Shown here: in pieces, positions 58,916-64,000 of the stretch
Layout of the letters: every line of letters begins with the position of its first letter
Numbering within the stretch: the stretch's first letter is position 1
Assembly: GCA_965220965.1 (NCBI GenBank)
Contig: OZ244852.1
Span: forward strand, 1,632,001-1,696,000
DNA: 64,000 nt
From: Candidatus Marinacidobacterium sp.
Lineage (GTDB): Bacteria; Acidobacteriota; Vicinamibacteria; Marinacidobacterales; Marinacidobacteraceae
Reading direction: 5' to 3'
Translations under genes and position numbers: made by a program
Notes under the pieces: generated by a model
Seen by the model: only the letters and a program-made list of their open reading frames with translations
Database searches by the model: none
What the model was told of the DNA's origin: nothing

Positions 58916-59518
58916 GTGAACTCCCTGACCGAGCGGGCGCTCTTCTTCGCCGCCGGCATCGCCTTCGGGATCCTGATCGGGGTGCTGTTCGCCAGCGCCC
59001 CCGACGCCCCCGCCCCGGTCGCAGCGTCAGCGGGCGGCGCGGCGCCCTCGGCGGCGGCCCCCGGGCCGGACCGCGCGCCGGCCGGACCCGACCGGGTGGA
59101 CCCGGACCTCCTCGAATCGCTGGTGGCGCAGGTCGAGTCGCGCCCCGACGACCCGCAGGCCCGCGCCGATGTCGGCGAAATCCACCTCCAGGCGCGGGAC
59201 TTCACCCAGGCGGTCTACTGGTTCCAGCAAGCCCGGAACCTCGACCCGTCCGACCTCGAGATCCAGGTGCGGCTGGCGTTCGCCTACCTCGGTCAGGGTC
59301 AGGTGGGACGCGCCGCCGAAATCTACGAGGTGGTCCTCGCCGCAGACCCGGAGCACCTCCTGGCCCTCATCGGGCTCGGCCAGATCCGCCTCTTCGCCGA
59401 ACAGGATCTGGAGGCCGGCATCGCGCTCTGGGAGCGGGCGATCGCGGCGCATCCGGAGAGCGAGGAGGCCGACGCGCTGCGCGCCCGGCTCTCAACGCTC
59501 CAGGAGGCGCATCCGTAG
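58916..59518 (+). CDS. Membrane-anchored TPR protein
   Basis: N-terminal TM, Pro/Ala linker, TPR-like helices (AVYWFQQARNLDPSD, AAEIYEVVLAADPEH). Confidence 0.8.
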   Translation: MNSLTERALFFAAGIAFGILIGVLFASAPDAPAPVAASAGGAAPSAAAPGPDRAPAGPDRVDPDLLESLVAQVESRPDDPQARADVGEIHLQARDFTQAVYWFQQARNLDPSDLEIQVRLAFAYLGQGQVGRAAEIYEVVLAADPEHLLALIGLGQIRLFAEQDLEAGIALWERAIAAHPESEEADALRARLSTLQEAHP

Positions 59519-59545
59519 GCCCCGATCCCTGGGACCGGGCCCCGC

Positions 59546-60484
59546 TCAGCGCGCGCCGAACCGGAAGACGAAGTTCAGGAGCGGCAGGAAGCCGCCGTCC
59601 TGTCCGACGGCGTAGACCAGCGCCAGATCGGCGGACATCCGCTCCCCGAGGAACCGGACGCCTCCGGAAACCAGCGGATTCGTGACGCCGGGGAAGATCC
59701 AGTTCTCGCTGACGAGGGCGAGGCGCCGCGTGATGCGCCGCTCGCCCCCCAGCATGAGCATCGGCTTGTCGGCGAGCTCATCGTCCGCGTAGCCGTAGCC
59801 GATCCCGGCGGTCACGCTGGCGTCGGGGGTCCCGTAAGTGGCGACCGAGAAGGCGATGCCGGCGCTGTCGGCGTCCTCATCGCCGGGGAGGACAGCGAAT
59901 ATCGCCCCCACGCCGACATGGAGGCGATCGTTCACGCTCCAGCCGAACTTGGGGGTCAGGAAGCCCACCTGCTCGTCGATGGACGTCCCCGGGAACAGCG
60001 ACATGCCGGCCCCGAAGGTGAAGTTGTCGGTGACGCCGTAGGTGACGCTCGGGAAGAAGAACAGGTGATCGGCGACGTAGCCGCCGCCCTTCGGGAGCGG
60101 CCGGGCGGTCGGGGCGAAGAAGAGCCGCGACTGGTTCGGGTTCGGGAACCAGTACTCGCCGCCGTGGATCGAGCTGGCGGGCGCGACCCGCAACTCGCGG
60201 ATTTCGGCGATGGGAACCGTGACCTCCAGTTCGCCGCTGCGGAAGCGGACTTCTTCGGCGCCGATCTCCTCGATGCGGCCGACCAGCTCGGAGCCGCCCT
60301 CGAGCACCAGGATCTGGACCTCGTCCGGCCCCGGAAGCGACAGCGCCACCGCGTCGTCCTCCCCGCCGGACTGCGCGCCGGGCTCCGCCGGCTGGGCCCG
60401 GAGCGCGCCCGGCGCGAGCAGCAGCGCCGCGCCCGCCGCGACCCGAAGCAGCGCGAGCCGCCTCGCACAGTGCGTCATCCTCAT
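59546..60484 (-). CDS. Exported hypothetical protein, possible outer-membrane beta-barrel
   Basis: Signal peptide; RLFFAPTARPL..G.GY; alternating beta-strand-like segments, C-terminal NFVFRF. Confidence 0.6.
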   Translation of the reverse strand: MRMTHCARRLALLRVAAGAALLLAPGALRAQPAEPGAQSGGEDDAVALSLPGPDEVQILVLEGGSELVGRIEEIGAEEVRFRSGELEVTVPIAEIRELRVAPASSIHGGEYWFPNPNQSRLFFAPTARPLPKGGGYVADHLFFFPSVTYGVTDNFTFGAGMSLFPGTSIDEQVGFLTPKFGWSVNDRLHVGVGAIFAVLPGDEDADSAGIAFSVATYGTPDASVTAGIGYGYADDELADKPMLMLGGERRITRRLALVSENWIFPGVTNPLVSGGVRFLGERMSADLALVYAVGQDGGFLPLLNFVFRFGAR

Positions 60485-60582
60485 GGGATTGTCCCTCCCG
60501 CCCCGGCTCTACGGGAATCGCGCCGTCAGGTTCCGTTGAGCCTTCGTCCTCTGGCAGCCGACGGACGCACAATGGAGGCGCC

Positions 60583-61536
60583 GTGGCCGAGCTGACTCCC
60601 GCGCCCGCCGGAGGACCACCGGTCCCCGCGCCGCGCTGGGCGGATGCGGTCGCGGCCGAGGCGCGGCTCCGCACCGTCTTCGCCGCGAGCCCGCTGGTGA
60701 GCGCCGGAAAGGATGTTGCGGAGGGACTGCTGCTCAAGGCGGACACCCGGCTGCCGACGCGCTCCTTCAAGGTGCGGGGCATCTGGGACGCGGTCGCCGG
60801 CCTGTCGGACGAGGCGGTGGCGCCCGGGCTCTCGACGGTGAGCGCCGGCAACACCGCGCTCGCGCTGGCGTGGGCGGCGAAACGGCGCGCCGTGACCGCC
60901 CGGTCGCTCCTCCCGGACACCGCGCCCGCGACCAAGACCGAGGGGTTCCGCGCCGCCGGCGGCATCGTCCGCAGCCGGCCGGTTCCGGAACTCTTCCGGT
61001 TCCTCGCCGAGCGCGCCTGGGAGCGGGAGCCCTACGCCTTCGTCCATCCGTGGATCGAGCCGGCGGTCCACCGGGGCCACGCGAGCCTCGCGGTGGAGCT
61101 GCTCCGCGAGGCGCCCGACATCGAGTCGGTCTTCGTCCCGGTGGGGGGCGGCGGGCTCCTGATGGGAGTCGCGGGGGCGCTGAAGGACCGGCGGCCCGAG
61201 CTGCGGGTGTTCGCGGTGGAGCCGGAAGGGTGCTGCGCGCTCCACCGGAGCCTCGAGGCGGGGCGGGCCGTCGGCGCGCCCTGCCGGACGGTGTGCGACG
61301 GGGTGGCCGTGCCGTGGCTGTCAACGGAGCTCTACCCGGCGCTCGCCGGCCTGGTGGACCGCACAGTGCTCGTTCCCGACGCGGAGACGCTCGAGACGGC
61401 CGACGAGCTCATGCGGCGCCACGGTCTCGCGACCGAGCCCTCGGGGGCGCTGGCCACCGCCGGGGCGCTGCGGATCCCGGTGGAAGACCGCGGGCTGAGC
61501 GTGGCGCTCCTGACCGGAGCGAACGCCCAGGCGTAG
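60583..61536 (+). CDS. PLP-dependent threonine/serine dehydratase-family protein
   Basis: SFKVRG (PLP Lys), SAGN, VPVGGGGL, CDGVAV, EPSGALA, LTGAN. Confidence 0.85.
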   Translation: MAELTPAPAGGPPVPAPRWADAVAAEARLRTVFAASPLVSAGKDVAEGLLLKADTRLPTRSFKVRGIWDAVAGLSDEAVAPGLSTVSAGNTALALAWAAKRRAVTARSLLPDTAPATKTEGFRAAGGIVRSRPVPELFRFLAERAWEREPYAFVHPWIEPAVHRGHASLAVELLREAPDIESVFVPVGGGGLLMGVAGALKDRRPELRVFAVEPEGCCALHRSLEAGRAVGAPCRTVCDGVAVPWLSTELYPALAGLVDRTVLVPDAETLETADELMRRHGLATEPSGALATAGALRIPVEDRGLSVALLTGANAQA

Positions 61537-61597
61537 CTGTCCGCCCCGTCCCGTATCATCGGCGACCGGGTCGCGAAGGCCCTCGGGAGGGTGCGTG

Positions 61598-64000
61598 ATG
61601 CGTCAGGTGTGGTTCGTGGTGTGGTTGGTGGCGGGGGCCTTCGTGATCGGCGGCAGCGAGGCCGAGGCGCAGGACGGCGGGAAGACCGACGGGTCGGGCT
61701 GGGACACGACCGCGGCGCGGGGCGAGGCCTACGAACTGTCGTTCGAGACCTCGGAGGGGACCTGGATGTCGGTCGATGTCTCTCCCGACGGCTCGATGCT
61801 GGTGTTCGACCTGCTGGGGCACGTCTACCGGATGCCGGTGGCCGGGGGACGCGCGGAGTGCCTGACGCAGGACAGCGGCGTGGCGGTGAACTACCACCCG
61901 AGATACTCCCCGGACGGGGCGACGATCGCTTTCGTCTCGGATCGCGGCGGGCAGGCGAACCTGTGGCTGATGGACGCGAACGGGGAGAACCCCCGGCCGG
62001 TCCATGAAGACCGGGACGCGCGAGTCAGCTCGCCGGCCTGGATGCCCGATGGCCGCGGAATCGTGGCGCGGCGGTCTTCGGTGGCGCCGGGACAGCGATC
62101 CTCCGGGCTCTACCTGTTCCATCCGGACGGCGGCAGCGGCGTGGAGCTGGTGGGATCGGACTACCCGAGGGCGGACTGGCCGGCGCCCTCGGGACACGGG
62201 ACGCTCTACTTCCAGTTCGCGCCCTCCGGGGAGCGCGACCTGCTGCGGGGAGCGGTGCAGATCCGCGAGCTGGACCTGGCCAGCGGGCAGGTGTTCGATG
62301 TGACCGAGGGCCAGTCACAGCAGCAGTACCAGGGGTCGAGCGGCGGCGCGATCGCGCCCGAGCCCTCCCCCGACGGACGCTGGCTGGCGTTCGCCCGGCG
62401 CGTGCCGGGGGGAACGATTTCGTGGAAGGGACACCGCTACGGCCCGCGGAACGCCCTGTTCCTCCGGGACCTCGAGACCGGCGCCGAGCGCATGCTGGCG
62501 GATCCGATCGAGATCGACGCGGCCGAGGGGATGAAGACCGAGCGCTCGCTGCCGGGTTACGCCTGGGCGCCGGACGGCGGATCGCTGTTCCTGACCCGCG
62601 GCGGCCGGATCGTCCGGGTGGATGCGGAGAGCGGGGACGCCTCGGAGATCCCGTTCACCGCGGAAGTGCGCCGCATGGTGTCCGGACAGGCGCGGGCCGA
62701 ATTCGAAATCGGAGACCCCACCTTCCGGGCGAAGATGCTCCGGTGGCCGACCCTCGCGCCTGACGGGTCGGCCGTCGTCGTCCACGCCGCCGGTCGTCTC
62801 TACCGGATGACGCTGCCGGGAGGAACGCCCGAACGGCTGATCGCCGGCGACCGCGCGGCCTACGAGCTCTCGCCGGCGTATTCGCCCGACGGGAGCTGGG
62901 TCGCCTACACCACCTGGGACGACACCGAGGGTCACCTGTGGAAGGTTCCCTCCGGAGGCGGCGAGCCGGTGCGGCTCACCGGGACGCCGTCCGAGTACAT
63001 CCATCCGGTGTGGTCGCCGGACGGGCGGGAGATCGTGGTGGCGCGCGGGACCGGAGCCCCGGCGCGGGGTCGCTCGTGGTCGCAGAACCTGCGCTACGAC
63101 CTGGTCCGGGTCCCGGCCGACGGCGGCGAGGCGGTCCTGGTGACGAAGACGCTGCGTCCTTACAACGCCGGGCGGCCGCTCATGCCGCGCCGGCAGATCG
63201 TGGCGCCCTCGTTCGGGCCGGAGGGGCGTCTCTTCTTCCCGGAACAGACGAGCCGGGAGCGGGGAGGCCGGCGCGAGGACGTGACGAAGCTCGTCTCGGT
63301 GAAGATGGACGGATCCGACCGGCGGGTCCACCTGACGTTCCCCTACGCCGACGAGGCGGCGCCGTCGCCCGATGGCCGGTGGGTGGCGTTCTCCGAAGGA
63401 GACAACGTCTATGTCACCGCGCTGCCCTGGCCGGGCGCCGGGTCGGAGCCGCCGCACATCGAGCGCCGGAGCGCCTCGCTGCCGATCCGGACGGTGACCG
63501 TGGACGGCGGCATGTTCCCCAACTGGACCCCCGCCGGACAGCTTGTCGTGGGCAGTGGCCCCCGGGTGACGACCTGGGATCCCGGGACCGGGGAGGCCGT
63601 GCGCCATGACGTCCGGCTGGACCTGCCGAGGCAGCGGGCTTCCGGCGAGGGGGCCGCGGTGCTGACCGGCGGGCGGATCGTGACCCTGGGACCGGCGGGG
63701 ACGATCGAAACGGGCAACCTACGGATCGAGGACGGGCGGATCGCCTGCGTCGGCGAATGCCCGGCCGCGTCCGGAGACCACGAAATCGATGTCACGGGCA
63801 AGACGCTGATCCCGGGACTCATCGACATGCACGCCCACCACCACCGGGACCACACCGGCGTCCTGCCCCGACGCAACTGGGAGGCGGCGGTCTACCTCGC
63901 CTACGGGATCACCACGACGCTCGACAACTCCCAGTGGTCCCAGAACGTGTTCGCGGCGGCGGAGCTGGTCGAGGCGGGCGAGATGGTCGGGCCGCGGATG
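61598..64000 (+). CDS. Exported PD40/TolB-like beta-propeller + amidohydrolase protein (partial)
   Basis: Manual translation from ATG 61598: signal peptide, FETSEGTWMSVDVSPDG, repeated SPDG, then GKTLIPGLIDMHAH and AYGITT; open to window end. Confidence 0.9.
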   Translation, partial: MRQVWFVVWLVAGAFVIGGSEAEAQDGGKTDGSGWDTTAARGEAYELSFETSEGTWMSVDVSPDGSMLVFDLLGHVYRMPVAGGRAECLTQDSGVAVNYHPRYSPDGATIAFVSDRGGQANLWLMDANGENPRPVHEDRDARVSSPAWMPDGRGIVARRSSVAPGQRSSGLYLFHPDGGSGVELVGSDYPRADWPAPSGHGTLYFQFAPSGERDLLRGAVQIRELDLASGQVFDVTEGQSQQQYQGSSGGAIAPEPSPDGRWLAFARRVPGGTISWKGHRYGPRNALFLRDLETGAERMLADPIEIDAAEGMKTERSLPGYAWAPDGGSLFLTRGGRIVRVDAESGDASEIPFTAEVRRMVSGQARAEFEIGDPTFRAKMLRWPTLAPDGSAVVVHAAGRLYRMTLPGGTPERLIAGDRAAYELSPAYSPDGSWVAYTTWDDTEGHLWKVPSGGGEPVRLTGTPSEYIHPVWSPDGREIVVARGTGAPARGRSWSQNLRYDLVRVPADGGEAVLVTKTLRPYNAGRPLMPRRQIVAPSFGPEGRLFFPEQTSRERGGRREDVTKLVSVKMDGSDRRVHLTFPYADEAAPSPDGRWVAFSEGDNVYVTALPWPGAGSEPPHIERRSASLPIRTVTVDGGMFPNWTPAGQLVVGSGPRVTTWDPGTGEAVRHDVRLDLPRQRASGEGAAVLTGGRIVTLGPAGTIETGNLRIEDGRIACVGECPAASGDHEIDVTGKTLIPGLIDMHAHHHRDHTGVLPRRNWEAAVYLAYGITTTLDNSQWSQNVFAAAELVEAGEMVGPRM

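Overview
High-GC bacterial chromosomal window; the gene content suggests Acidobacteriota-like, which is an inference only. It is mostly housekeeping and metabolic genes: a DUF1592-DUF1552-ankyrin operon, amidase, pgi-like, msrP, tesA-ybbA-ybbP, arsC, pxpA/pxpBC, ispG, gltA, tRNA-Val, a twin-RND efflux operon, acyl-CoA ligase and crotonase, a PQQ dehydrogenase, brx, tmk-holB, dnaG-rpoD-tRNA-Ile2-Zn ribbon-radical SAM, larB, glycosyltransferases and a PD40-amidohydrolase. A 28-aa ribosomal protein bTHX gene missed by the ORF track lies at 16982-17068. Two accessory inserts stand out. (1) About 30.8-37.1 kb, all on the + strand: an ABC-type AAA ATPase with a degenerate Walker B, a PIN-like protein and three tandem Fic genes. 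The first Fic is a full-length paralog of the second but has lost both the catalytic and the auto-inhibitory motif while keeping the C-terminal HTH, and the two are separated by a dense array of GACA/TGTC palindromes. A truncated HEPN-like gene and an EgtB-like gene with an eroded active site follow. (2) About 43.8-46.2 kb: a lower-GC stand-alone OLD-family ATPase-TOPRIM nuclease with nested palindromes upstream. The ATPase-PIN-dead Fic-Fic-Fic locus is the best candidate for an undescribed system. All calls come from motif reading by eye; no searches were run.
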